Source: an uncultured Acidimicrobiia bacterium | GTDB taxonomy: Bacteria; Actinomycetota; Acidimicrobiia; Spongiisociales; UBA5794 | Length of the DNA: 64,000 nucleotides | NCBI GenBank assembly: GCA_963812375.1 | Contig: CAWEUW010000007.1 | Coordinates: forward strand, 560,535-624,534 | Direction of reading: 5' to 3' | Shown: one piece after another, positions 19,124 to 30,086 of the stretch | How positions within the stretch are numbered: position 1 is the stretch's first letter | Layout of the letters: every line of letters begins with the position of its first letter | Notes under the pieces: model-generated | Database searches by the model: none | Told to the model about the DNA's origin: nothing | What the model saw: only the letters and a program-made list of their open reading frames with translations | Made by a program: the position numbers and the translations under genes

Positions 19124-19878
19124 ATGCCCCTCATCACGGACGCGAGCGGGACGGTGTTCGCCGAGCTCACCGATCCCGGCACTGACGCTGGCCTGGTGGT
19201 GGCACTGCACGGCTGGGGACGTGATCGCCGTGACCTGATCGGGGCTGTCGGCGACCATCGGGTCCTGGCGGTGGATCTGCCCGGCTTCGGGACCTCGCCG
19301 CCCCCGCCGGACCCGTGGGGGAGCGCCGACTACGCCGCCGCCGTCGGGCGGCTGCTCGAGGAGCGCAGCCTGCACCCGGCGGTGCTGGTCGGCCACAGCT
19401 TCGGGGGGCGGGTCGCCGTCGTGCTGGCGGCGGACCGTCCCGACCTGGTGTCCGGCCTGGTCGTGGTGGGCACCCCGCTGCTCCGCGGGTCCGGGAGATC
19501 GGTCGCCTGGTCGCATCGCCTCGCCCGCTACGCCCACCGGATGGGGCTGATCAGCGACGACGCCATGGAGGCCCGGCGGCGGCGACACGGGTCGGCCGAC
19601 TACCGGGCCGCCACCGGCGTGATGCGCCAGGTGCTGGTGCGGGTCGTCAACGAGGACTATGCCGACCAGCTGGGTCGGGTCACCGCCCCGACGGGCTTCT
19701 GCTGGGGCGAGGACGACACCGCGGCTCCGGTGGCGACGGCGCGCCGGGCATGGGAGCTGGTGCGAAACCCGGTCTCGTTCGACGTCGTCGCGGGGAGCGG
19801 CCACGACGTCCACCTGTCCCGGCCCGAGCGGGTCCGGGCGGCAGTCGACGCCGTCGTCGCCGCCGGCACCGCTCGTGA
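19124..19878 (+). CDS. Alpha/beta hydrolase
   Basis: LHGWG, DLPGFG, GHSFGG nucleophile, WGEDDTAAP, GH. The likely natural TGA at 19876-19878 overlapping the next GTG is out of frame, so an indel is probable. Confidence 0.85.
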
Positions 19879-21433
19879 CCGCCGTCGACCTGGTAGCGGT
19901 CGCCGCAGGGCTGGTGGCGGTCACCGTCGGCGGCATCCGCTGGCTCAGAGTCGCCCAGCGGGAGCACTACCTCGCCGGTTCGTGCCTCGTCGTAGCGGCG
20001 CGGTGGATGCGGCACCGGCCGCCCAACAACGTCGTCATGCCGGCCACGGCCGCGGTGGCGGTGGCCGCGGTGGTCGGCGGGGCCATCGATGCAGGCTGGT
20101 CGGCACCGTGCGCCCTGCTCGCCTCGGTGGCGGCGACCGTGCTGCCCTGGCCGCTGCCGCTGCGCGGGAAGTCGGCCCCGCTGCGGTTCACCCGCCGGGC
20201 GCGGGTGCTCGCCCTGGTGGCCCTCGCCGTCGCCGTCGGTGTGGCGCTCGCGCTGTCGTTCGCCGTGGGTTGGCCGGCATCGCTGGCGTTGGTCGGTGTC
20301 GCCTCCTGGGGTGTCGTCGACCTGGCGTTGGCGGTCACCGCTCCCTTCGAGCGCCGGGCGATGGAGCGCCACCGCCGCCGCGCCGAGGGCCGGTTGCGCG
20401 CCGTCGCCCCCAGGGTGATCGCCGTCACCGGCAGCTGGGGCAAGACCTCCACGAAGAACCACATCGCCGACCTGCTCGGCCACGACACCGAGGTGGTGGC
20501 GTCACCGGCCTCGTGGAACAACGTCGGCGGCCTCTCCCGCGCCATCAACGAGCACCTGACCGACACCACCGCCGTCTTCGTGGCCGAGATGGGCATGTAC
20601 CGGCCGGGAGAGATCCGGGCGCTGTGCGACTGGGTCCGCCCCGAGATCGGGGTGCTGCTCGCCGTCGGGCCGATGCACCTGGAACGCGCGGGGTCGTTGG
20701 ATGCCATCGCCGCCGCCAAGGCGGAGATCCTCGAGCGGGTCCGGCAAGCGGTGGTGTGGGTCGACGACGAGCGGGTTGACCGGGCGGCCGCGCTCCATGT
20801 GCCTGCCGATGCCCGGGTGTGGCGGGTGGGCACGACGGGGCGAGGTGGGCTCGACGTCTCGGTGGCGACGATCGGCGACGAGCTGGTCTTCACCGACGGC
20901 GCCGGCGAGCTGGGCCGCCACCCGGTCGCCGGCGGGGCCCATCCCGCCAACCTGGCGTGTGCCCTGGCTGCAGTCCTCGCCCTCGGCGTCGACCGGGCGA
21001 CCATCGGCAACCGGCTCCGTCTGGTGACGCACGCCTCCGCATCGTGCCGTCGTCGCCCGGACCGACGTCGGTGTCACCGTGATCGACGACACCTTCAGCT
21101 CCAACCCGGAAGGGGCACGCACCGCGTTGGTGACGCTGCGCCGCGGTCGGTGATGGGGGCGCCACTGCAGTGGTGACGCCCGGGATGGTCGAGCTGGGTG
21201 CCGCTCAGGAAGACGAGAACCGGTCATTCGCAGCAGCCACCGCCGAGGCGGGGGCGACCCTGGTGGTGGTGGGCTGGACCAACCGCGGCGCCCTGACCGA
21301 GGGCGCCCGCACCGCCGGGGGGCAGGTGGTCGTCGTCGCCGACCGCGACGAGGCACGCACCTGGGTACGGGGGAACCTCGGCGACGGGGACGCCGTGCTG
21401 TGGGAGAACGACCTGCCCGACCACTACCCGTGA
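19875..21433 (+). CDS. MurF-like Mur ligase with N-terminal membrane segment (frameshift near 21040-21170)
   Basis: About 150 hydrophobic N-terminal residues with RWLRVAQREHY, then IAVTGSWGKTSTK P-loop, SWNN..G, FVAEMG, GPMHLER, IDDTFSSNP.G, VTPGMVELG, ENDLPDHYP. Confidence 0.85.
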
Positions 21434-21437
21434 GGGC

Positions 21438-22541
21438 TCAGGCCAGCTTCGAGGCGATCGATCCCGAGCTGCGCAGGGCGCGCCCATCACTGGTGGCGAC
21501 CCATTGCGGTCGCCGGGGGCCGGTCCGGCGGGCTTCGACGATCAGGTCCCGGTAGAGCTGGAGGCGGTCGACGCCGGCCGCCCGCCACAGGTGGTTGCCC
21601 CAGGCCCCGGGGATGGCGTTGACCTCGTTGAGCACCACCTGCTGGTCGCCGTCCCAGAGGAAGTCGAGCCGGGGGGCGCCGGTCAGCGGGAACTCGCCGG
21701 TGACGAGGCGCGCCGCCCGTTCGATGGCGGCGACGACCTCCTCGGGCAGCCGGGCCGGCAGCTCGCGGGGGGCGGCATCCATCCCGGTCCCGGTGAGGTA
21801 CTTGTCCTCGTAGCTGTAGGCGCCATCGCCCGACCGGAGCGGTCGCTCGATCGGCGACAGCTCGATCCCGTTGGCGGTGCGCACCGCGATGTTGAGATCC
21901 TCCCACCCCTTGAGGTACGGCTGGACGAGCATGCCGGCCTGCCCGGTGCCGGTCCGTCCCAGCGCCAACACCACCGACAGGTCGTCGACATCGACCTCCA
22001 CGCCGATCGACGATCCCCCGTAGCGTGGCTTCGCCACCCACGGCCGCGGCGGGAGCCGGTGGTCGTCGAGACCCTCGTCGGCGAGGACCGTCGGGATGGT
22101 GGGGACGTCGAGCGCCGCCATCACCGCACCCGAAGCCAGCTTGTCCATCAGCAGGGCGCACACTTCGGGGTGGGGGCCCGTCGACGGGAGGCCGGCGAGG
22201 CCGAGCAGGCCGCCGAGGGTGCCGTCCTCGCCGGGGCCGCCGTGGCAGCAGTTGAGGACCACGTCGAGGTCGACCGGGGTGTCCCGCAACCGCTTTCGTT
22301 CCACGAAGCCGCCCGGGACGACCAGGTCGAGCGGGATCGCACCCGGCGACCGGCAGGGTCAGGAACGAGGCGGCCTCGCTGTCGACCGGCACCCGCCACC
22401 AGCGGCCGTCCTTGCCCCAGTAGATGGCGGGCCACGTCGTCGCCGGCATCGCGCGAGGGTCCGGGCCGCCTGGAGCCCGGTGAGGATGCTGATGTCGTGC
22501 TCGGGGGAGAGCCCGCCGAACACGATCCCGGTGGCGGCCAT
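21438..22541 (-). CDS. D-alanine--D-alanine ligase-like ATP-grasp protein (frameshift near 22350)
   Basis: IVFGGLSPEHDISILTG, HGGPGEDGTL, MDK, KPRYGGSSIG, YSYEDKY, LNEVNAIPG, C-terminal SKLA. Confidence 0.85.
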
Positions 22542-22745
22542 GGGCGGGATGGTAGTGGGCCATGGCTGCCAGGCCGTGGCAGGTGAACGGCTCGCCGGAT
22601 GTCCCGGCCAGGTCACTCCTTGCCCGCCGTGTTCGACGGGTGTCCCCTCCCGATCTCGCCTTCGCCCGCTTGTCTCGGCCGTTCTCGGCGGCCGGTTGTG
22701 CGGCGACCGCGAGGGGTAACGTCTCGGGCAGGAGGTCGCGAACCG

Positions 22746-24584
22746 ATGGGTCGCGTGAAGGTCTGGGACGCCGTGCTGGGGCGGGTGATGCCTGACCCGG
22801 TCGCCAGGCGCCTCGACTTCGCCACCCAGCATCGATCGGCCGGGCAGGGACCACCCCCCGGGCTCGACTCCGATCTCGTGGCCGGCGTCTCGCTGCAGGC
22901 ATTCGGCAGACGGCCGGCGGCCATCTTCCACGCCCCGTTGTACTCGTACAAGGGAGGAGGCGTCTTCCGGGTGTGGACCGACCGATCGCCCCACCGCACC
23001 CTCGTCTACAAGGACGCCCGGCTCGCCCCCGACGCCTTCCCGGCCATCGCCGGCCTCGACGGCCGACCCGGCCTCCCGGAGTGGGACGTGTTGTCGAGCA
23101 CCGGTGGCGCCCTCGATGGGATACACCCGGCGATCTACGAGGCGATCGAGGTCGAGCCGGGGCTGCACTACCGCTACGTGATGGAGGACCTCGGTTGGTC
23201 GTACCGGCAGGTCACCACCAGGGCGGACGTCGGCGCTGCCATCGCCGCCCTGCCGGCGCTGCACACCGCCCTGGCGCGCTGGGCCAGTGAGCGCGGCGGC
23301 TACACCGAGCACGTGCGCTGCGACTCGACGGCGGCGCCTGCCATCCTCGACCACGCCCGGTCGGGCGCTCGAGGTGTTCCAGCAGGCCCAGCCGGACGAC
23401 GTCGTCGGGACGGTGCTGGCCGCCTGGAACGACGTCGAGAAGGCGACGATGTCGGTGACCGAGGCGAGCGCGGTCAGGTCGATGCTTGATCCACGGTGAC
23501 TTCAACCGGGGCAACCTCTTCCTGAGCCGAGCGGCGCCTGCCGTGCTGCAGGCGATCGACTGGGAGTGGACGGGAGTCGGTCCGCCCCACGCCGACCTGG
23601 CGTCGGTCCTCAAGTGGTCCCCGTGGGCGGTCCAGCGGGAAGAGGTCCGCCGCTTCTTCGCCGATGACCACAGCCTGGGGCACGACGAGCATTGGCGGGC
23701 CTACCTGTGGTGCCGCGTCGTGCGGAGCTTGCAGGACGCAGCCCTCCACGCCGCCCAGACGGCATCCGGGCTCGGGAGGACGGGGAGCTCCGTCCGCACC
23801 CACCTCTCCCTGGCCTTGGAGCACCTGGCGGCGCTGGACCACGTTCCCGTATGGCCGGCAGGCCGGCCGTCGGTCGAGGGAGCCCAGCCGGGACGCCATC
23901 GCGTCAGCGTCGTGGCGCCCCGGCACCGTGACGGCCACTCCGTGCGGGCGATCGGCGAAGCCGTCCGGGCGCAGAGCCACCCTGACATCGAGGTCGTCGC
24001 CGTCGAGCCGGGGATCTGCGGCATCCGGTCTCCCCGTGAGAGCCGCCCTCGAGGGCTCGACCGGCGACTTCATCCTGTGGGCGTCACCGGGCGATCGCTA
24101 CCACCCGGACCTGGTCGCCCGGTGCGTCCAGGCACTCATCGAGATCCCGGAGGCGGTGCTCGCCTTCCCCCACATCATCGAGGGCGACCGGGATGGCCGG
24201 TTCCTGGCGGATCGCCTCGTCGACGCCGTTGTCCGCGGCCCATCGCCGGTCAAGCGGTTCCGGCAGTGCCTCAGATCCGCCCATCCCGACGTCCCCTTGT
24301 CGGGTGTGGTCCGTCGCACCGCACTCGAAGCGTCCGGCTTGGCGGACAGAGACGACGTGTCGCCGCGGGCGCTCGCCCTGGCGCTCGCCGTGATCGGCAC
24401 CTTCCACGAGATCCCGGAGATCCTGATCACCCGGCCCCCGGTCGAGAGGGGGAGCGACGCAGGATCTGCGAGCCCGGGCGAGCTCGTCGCCGTGGTACGG
24501 AGGGCGCGGCTGTCGGTGACCCGGCGTGCCGCTCTCGGGGCGTCGATCCTGATCGAGCCCCTGCTGCCACGCCCTCGAGGGTGA
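22746..24584 (+). CDS. Aminoglycoside-phosphotransferase-family kinase fused to a degenerate GT2-like domain (frameshifts near 23370, 23480, 24040)
   Basis: LVYKD, YVMEDL, IHGDFNRGN, IDWEW (Brenner/DFG-like motifs). The same frame continues to VSVVAP...AQSHPDIEVVAV, then TGDFILWASPGDRYHPD..ARCV (GT-A pattern). Confidence 0.6.
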
Positions 24585-24694
24585 CGGCGCCGCGGCGACG
24601 TCGGAGACCGCGTAGACCTTCGGAGGCCCGCGGCCGCAGCCTCGTCTCCCCGCCCAGGCCCCGCCCCACGTGGCCCGGCCCGTATCCTCAGCGG

Positions 24695-25798
24695 ATGCCG
24701 AGCCGGCCCGCCGCCACCCAGCCGCCCGACTCCGGCCTCACCGACAGCCCCCGGCCCGTTCGGTCGACGCTGAAGAAGGCACTCGCCTACGCGGTTCCGG
24801 CGATGATCGCCGTTGCCCTGCTCGTCGGTGTGCTGCCCGCCCTGGCCGACTTCAGCGAGGTCTGGGAGGCCATCGCCGACCTCGACCGGGCCTCGGTGGC
24901 GCTGCTGCTGGCCCTGGCGGCATGGAACATCCTCACCTACCAGTTCTTGATCATGGCCGCCCTGCCCGGCCTACCCCTCGCCCAGGCCTTCATGGTCGGG
25001 CAGATCTCGACCGCGGTGTCGAACACCATCCCGGCCGGAGCCGCCGTCGGCGTCGGTGTCACCTACGCCATGTTCAGCTCGTTCGGCTACGGGGCGACCA
25101 CGATCGGGATCGCCGCCGCGCTCACCGGGTTGTGGAACACCTTCGTCAAGCTCGGACTGCCGATCGTCGCCCTGGCGATCCTCGCCATTCAAGGCAACCC
25201 TCATCCGGCGGCGTTGAGCGCCGCGCTGGCCGGGCTCGCCGCGCTGGTCGCCGCCGTCGTTGGGCTGGTCCTCGTCGTTCGTAGCGACCGGTTCGCCGGG
25301 TCCATCGGCGCGATGTTGCAACGGGCTGCGTCGTGGCTGGCGAAACCGTTCCGCAGGGGCCCGTACACCGGATGGGACGCTTCGCTGCGCGAATTCCGCG
25401 TCAGGACGGCGCAGGTGCTCCAGCGGCGCTGGCTGTGGCTGACACTCACGTCCATCCTGAGCCACGTGTCGCTCTTCGTCCTCCTGCTGGCGTCGTTGCG
25501 CGCCGTGGGGGTGACCGCTCAGGAGGTGTCGTGGGCAGAGGCCCTGGCGGCATTCGCATCGGTGCGGCTGGTGACGGCTCTCCCGATCACCCCCGGTGGG
25601 ATCGGGTTGGTCGAGATCGGCATGACGGGCGCCCTGGTCTTCGCCGGGGGAGGGCAGGCCGAGGTGGTGGCCGGTGTGCTCGTCTTCCGCGTGCTGTCGT
25701 ATGCCATCCAGGTTCCCATCGGCGCGGTGTGCTGGGTGTGGTGGCGGGCGACGGCGCGGAAGCTCTCCGCGGCCGTCGACGAGGAGGCGGCCGTCTGA
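24695..25798 (+). CDS. Lysylphosphatidylglycerol synthase TM / UPF0104 flippase-like membrane protein
   Basis: Multi-pass hydrophobic ORF with AVSNTIPAGAAVG, ALPITPGGIG.VE and VL.FR.LSY motifs. Confidence 0.8.
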   Translation: MPSRPAATQPPDSGLTDSPRPVRSTLKKALAYAVPAMIAVALLVGVLPALADFSEVWEAIADLDRASVALLLALAAWNILTYQFLIMAALPGLPLAQAFMVGQISTAVSNTIPAGAAVGVGVTYAMFSSFGYGATTIGIAAALTGLWNTFVKLGLPIVALAILAIQGNPHPAALSAALAGLAALVAAVVGLVLVVRSDRFAGSIGAMLQRAASWLAKPFRRGPYTGWDASLREFRVRTAQVLQRRWLWLTLTSILSHVSLFVLLLASLRAVGVTAQEVSWAEALAAFASVRLVTALPITPGGIGLVEIGMTGALVFAGGGQAEVVAGVLVFRVLSYAIQVPIGAVCWVWWRATARKLSAAVDEEAAV

Positions 25799-25832
25799 CC
25801 GTCAGCCGGCCGCCTCCCCGCCCCCTCCCAGG

Positions 25833-26481
25833 TCAGCCGCTGAAGCGGTTGGGGAACTGGCGGATGATCCCGCTGCTCAGCATGTCGGCCATCTCGAGCG
25901 CTTGGAGGTGGATCTCCTCGTAGGCGGCGATGTCGGCCTCGAAGTCGCCGGCGAGCCGAGCGGCGCCCTCGGCCAGGGTGAGGTCGAGGTGTTCGCGCAT
26001 CATCGCCCGCATCTCGTCCTTGGGCCAGAAGCGCGGGTTGGCTGCGTTGAGGAAGTCGGCGATCTCGTCGCCGTTGGCGTACCACGCCTCCAGCGCGGCG
26101 TCGAGGGCGTCCTGCATCGCCGGAGCGGGCTGCCACCAGGACGTCGACGGCGCCCAGGATGTGCTCACGGAGCAGGTCGGCGAGCGCCCGGCCGGCTGCC
26201 TGACCGTAGAACGGGGCGATGGCGCGCCCGATGTCGTCCTGGTTCTGGAGGAGCCGGTCGAGCGTCGGCGCCAGGTCGGGGAGGTCACCGGCGAAGCTGA
26301 CGATGGTGAGCCGGGTCCACGTGATGTGGTCCTCCCACAGCTTGCGCATGTCGTCGTGGAAGGCCTGCCGCGGGTTGGTGGCGTCGGCGGTGACTGCGGT
26401 GGCGACGGCGGTGCCACCGATGGCGAGTACCAGGGTGATCGAGGCGACGACGAGCAGCGAGCGGGATCGAAGTCGGGTCAC
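25833..26481 (-). CDS. Secreted all-helical protein of unknown function (frameshift near 26120)
   Basis: Signal peptide, MRKLWEDHITWTR...LLQNQDDIG.AI.PFYG...LLREHI, W..N..EIA.FL..ANP..W...M..HL.LT. Databases often give this family enzyme names that I cannot support. Confidence 0.75.
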
Positions 26482-26745
26482 GGGGGAACCTCCTTGCCAG
26501 GGCCGCCGTTCGGGCGCGCCCGGGCGACGGTCTATTACGAACCGTTTCGTCGTTAGTGGGTACGCATCGCCACGGAGGGTGGTTCGCCGCCTGCATCGAC
26601 ACCCGGCGCGGCCCGTTCGGTCGTGGCGTCCAGGGCACCGTGGTCAGCCTGGCGTGTCCGTCGTGGACCCGGGTTAGGATCGCGGGCCCGGGAGATCACA
26701 AGAAGTGGACCGCTTGCGGCCCAACCCCTCACTGGGAGGTGTGGC

Positions 26746-27159
26746 GTGGCCAAGGAGAAACCGGCGAAGGAGAAGCGTGCGCCGAAGGAGCGACCCTCGA
26801 AGGCCGTGGCTTACACCACGCTGTTCCCCGAGGAGTCGGTGGTGATGGAAACCACCCCTGGGCGCCTGGCGACGTTGCCGAAGGTCGCACTCACACTCGG
26901 GCTGTACGAGCTGTGGCGGCGGCGGAACACCGCCATCGTCACCGACAAGCGGATCATGTTCGGGAGCGGGATCGTCAAGCGCTCCGAGAAGTCGATCCCG
27001 CTGTCCAAGGTGATCGACGTCAGCTTCAGCCGCCGGGGCCTCAACTCCTACGCCGAGGTGACCGTCACCGACCGGGGGCAACGCAAGAACCGGTTGGTAG
27101 GGCCCATGTCTGCACCTGAAGCGCGCCGCTTCGTCAGCGAGATCCTCGCTCGCACGTAG
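26746..27159 (+). CDS. Bacterial PH-domain (bPH_2-like) protein
   Basis: GGAGGT RBS then GTG; VTDKRIMFGSGIVKRSEKSIPLSKVIDVSF pattern. Confidence 0.7.
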   Translation: MAKEKPAKEKRAPKERPSKAVAYTTLFPEESVVMETTPGRLATLPKVALTLGLYELWRRRNTAIVTDKRIMFGSGIVKRSEKSIPLSKVIDVSFSRRGLNSYAEVTVTDRGQRKNRLVGPMSAPEARRFVSEILART

Positions 27160-27181
27160 CCGGCGGATCTCGGCTCGATCG

Positions 27182-28318
27182 CTACGCGGGGAGTAATCGG
27201 ACCTCGGCTCCGGGTAGGTCGGCCCACCAGCGGTCGTAGCGGCGGTAAGCCCTGGGCTCTCGATCGGCGAGCAACGCCTGTAGGGCCCGCGCCTCGACGG
27301 CGAGCCCTTCCCAATCGTCGGCGCGCAGGCGACGGAACGCCGTGGCCTCGATGGAGCCGTCGACGGGGCGCCACACCCCGGCGACGTACCCGTCGACCAG
27401 CAGGGTCGGCAGGACGTCCCCGTTCGATCTGGCGATGGCGGCGCGGTGCTCTGGCGGGGTGAGGCGGGTTCGGTCGGCGTACGCCAGCAGGGTGCTGTCC
27501 CACATCGGGAGGAGCCGGGGCGGGGCCGGGGTTCCGGCGTCCGGCCGTGGTGCGCCGGGGACGTCGAAGAGCTCGACCCCGTCCGGCCCGTCCAGCTCCT
27601 CCAGCCTGCCGGTCAGACCGCGCAATGCGGTGCGGACCCGGGAGCGCGCCACCATGGCGAAGAGCGCCATGTCGGCGACCGAGGCCGGGCCGAAGCCCTC
27701 CAGGTAGCGCAGATGAGCGTCTGCAATGCCTCGTCGGCCTCGCCCTTGTCGCTCGACGTGGGCTGAGGACTGGCGGCGACGAACGAGGTCCGCGAGTCGA
27801 ACGACCAGGGACCACCGGTCGGGGCGCGCAGCAGCGGGGCGAACGTCCGCAGCGCCCACCACGGGCGCTTCGGGGAGACGTCGAGTCGCTCATCGAGCCA
27901 CGCCTCGATGTCGCCCCCGGTACGGGGGGTTGCGGCGAACTCGAGGAGAGCCGGGGACGAGTGCGTCGGCGTCAACGATGGTCAGTCCGCTGCCGGTGAA
28001 ACGGCGGTCGACCATCCGGGTTCGCAGGGACGGTTGCATGGCCAGGTGCATCGCCGGGCGGTCGTCGGGATGCACCACGTGCAGGGTGAACCGCATCAGC
28101 GTCGCCTTGACCAGCTTCCAATCGGCGAAGGCGGCGTCGAGATCGGCAGGGTCGAAGTCGGTGACCCGATTCCACAGGGCGAGGTACGGCGAGGCCGGTT
28201 GCTGTGCCTGCAGGGCGACGACGCGGCTCGTTGCCTCGACCACGTCGAGCGGCTGGCGTTCCAGCAGCAGCTGCCTGCCGAGAGTGGCCCGGTTGAGCTC
28301 GCCCGCAGTGACCGTCAC
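27182..28318 (-). CDS. AlkZ/YcaQ-like HTH_42 DNA glycosylase, frameshifted
   Basis: LNRATLGRQLLLER, LQAQ catalytic motif, LWNR, ATLMR.TLH, RYLEGFGPAS..D, P.PRLLP.WDS.LL, LVDG.VAG.W. Confidence 0.85.
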
Positions 28319-28351
28319 GGTATGCCGACCGGGGTGACGTTGTCCGGCACC

Positions 28352-28927
28352 TCAGAGAGCGCTGAGGAAGCCGAGCACGCGCTCTCTCAAGGTGGCGGCG
28401 GCGTCGGCGTCGTACGACGGCAGGCCGGCGTCGGCGAAGAGATGTTGGTCGCCCGGGTAGACGAACAGCTCGGCCTGGTCGGTCGACTCGACGAGCTCGC
28501 GGGCGGCATCGATATCGCCCTCGCCGGCGAAGTACGGGTCGGCATCCATCCCATGCACCTGCACGGGCACGCCGGCGGGCCATGACTCGCTGAACTCCGA
28601 CACGGGAACGAAGCTGTACATCAGGATGGCGCCGCGGGCTCCGGGCCGGGTCTGCGCCAGCTTCTGCGCCGGCAGCACACCCATCGAGAAACCGGCGTAG
28701 ACGAGCCCATCTTGGAGCGGTTCTGCTGCGGCGACGCCCCGGTCGATGAGAACCCCGAAGCCGATCTCGTCGGCGTGGGCCACGCCGTCATCGAGGTTGT
28801 CGAACGTCCGCCCTTCGTAGAGGTCGGGGGTGTGCACGGTGTGCCCGGCTCGTCGCAGCTCGTCGGCGAACTCGTGGAACCCCGACGTCTGTCCCTGTGC
28901 GTGGTGGAACAGCAGGACCTCGGCCAT
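28352..28927 (-). CDS. Dienelactone hydrolase family protein
   Basis: LLFHHAQG, PDLYEG, AGFSMG nucleophile elbow, YPG..HLF.D. Confidence 0.85.
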   Translation of the reverse strand: MAEVLLFHHAQGQTSGFHEFADELRRAGHTVHTPDLYEGRTFDNLDDGVAHADEIGFGVLIDRGVAAAEPLQDGLVYAGFSMGVLPAQKLAQTRPGARGAILMYSFVPVSEFSESWPAGVPVQVHGMDADPYFAGEGDIDAARELVESTDQAELFVYPGDQHLFADAGLPSYDADAAATLRERVLGFLSAL

Positions 28928-29011
28928 GTCCAGCACCCTCCTCCCGGGTGTCACTTGCGAGGCAGGTGGAATCCCGTCGCCATTGATCCAATACTCTAGA
29001 ATGATCGAAAC

Positions 29012-29581
29012 ATGTCGAGCAATTCCTCCTTCCCGGACTATGAGCTGGCGGAGCACATCGACGTGTCCCTACCGGGGCAGCTTCGTGCCTTCTCCGATCC
29101 GTTGCGGGTCACCATCCTCGACCTGTTGTTGGAGCGGGCCGCCACCGTTCGGGACCTGGCGGCTGCGGTGGGCCGTCCGAGGAGCACGGTCGCCTACCAC
29201 GTGAAGGTCCTCGTCGAGGCCGGGATGCTCAGGGTGGTGCGCACCCGGCGGGTCCACGCGATCGAAGAGCGCCACTACGGCCGCACCGCCCGGATGTTCG
29301 CCATCGGCATCGTCGACCTGCCCGGCGGCCCGGTGTGGGCGAATGCGATCTCCGAGGCGGCCACCGAGTCCGGGCCTGCTCACGAGGCCGACCGGCTGCG
29401 TACGGTCTCCCGCCATGTACGGATTCCCGACGAGCGCGCCGGCGAGTTCTGGGAGCGGGTCGAGGCGGTCGCCCGGGAGTTCACTCAACTGTCGCGCTCC
29501 GGCGACACCGTATACGGCTTCGTCGCCGGCCTCTATCCCACCGACCACCCTGCCCTCCCCGACCCGGGCCAGGTGCCATGA
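29012..29581 (+). CDS. ArsR-like winged-helix transcriptional regulator
   Basis: LRAFSDPLRVTILDLL...TVRDLA...RSTVAYHVKVLVEAG...EERHYGRTAR; divergent from the hydrolase. Confidence 0.85.
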   Translation: MSSNSSFPDYELAEHIDVSLPGQLRAFSDPLRVTILDLLLERAATVRDLAAAVGRPRSTVAYHVKVLVEAGMLRVVRTRRVHAIEERHYGRTARMFAIGIVDLPGGPVWANAISEAATESGPAHEADRLRTVSRHVRIPDERAGEFWERVEAVAREFTQLSRSGDTVYGFVAGLYPTDHPALPDPGQVP

Positions 29582-29645
29582 CGCCGAGCGCGCCCGCCCG
29601 GTCCCTGGAGCCGCTGAAGACGACTTGACCACGATGGTGTGCGGG

Positions 29646-30032
29646 CTACCTGCCGGCCGGTTGGAACAGCTCGATTACGTTGCCGGAGGGATCCTCCAGC
29701 AAGATCTGCGAGCCGCCCGGTCCGGTGACGATGTCGTTGCGAAACACGAGTTCGGCGCTTCGCAGGCGGGCGACCTCGGCGGCGAGGTCATCGACGATGA
29801 AGTGGATGCGGTTCCAGCCACCGGGACCCGGCTTGGCGCCGTCAGGCATGGGTCGTCCGGCGGAGCTGGCCGGGCCACTGAGCAGCAGCCGCAGGTTTCC
29901 TCTGGCGACGTCCGCAAACGCAGGGGCGGCGCTAGTGAGCAGCTCGAAGCCGAGGTGCTCTGTGTAGAAGCCGATCGACGCTTGAACGTCATCGACCATG
30001 TAGCGGACGTTCACCATCTCGTCCGGTTCCAT
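29646..30032 (-). CDS. VOC/glyoxalase/bleomycin-resistance family protein
   Basis: VRYMVDDV..SI.FYT..LGF, PGGWNRI.F.VDDL, GPGG.QILLEDPSGN.IELFQP. Confidence 0.9.
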   Translation of the reverse strand: MEPDEMVNVRYMVDDVQASIGFYTEHLGFELLTSAAPAFADVARGNLRLLLSGPASSAGRPMPDGAKPGPGGWNRIHFIVDDLAAEVARLRSAELVFRNDIVTGPGGSQILLEDPSGNVIELFQPAGR

Positions 30033-30086
30033 ATGGGTCCTCCTCCGGTTAGGGGGTCGGCGATGGGCGGGAGGGAGACGCCGGTG

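Noticed and set aside
19124-20779. 551-aa hydrolase with a long C-terminal extension
   Set aside because: After about residue 250 it is Arg/Gly/Pro-rich off-frame translation over the MurF-like gene; a missed stop at about 19876 is more likely.
26537-26550. ACGAA-CCGT-TTCGT palindrome as a TetR-type operator
   Set aside because: Short, single occurrence, no cognate regulator nearby; cannot be distinguished from chance.
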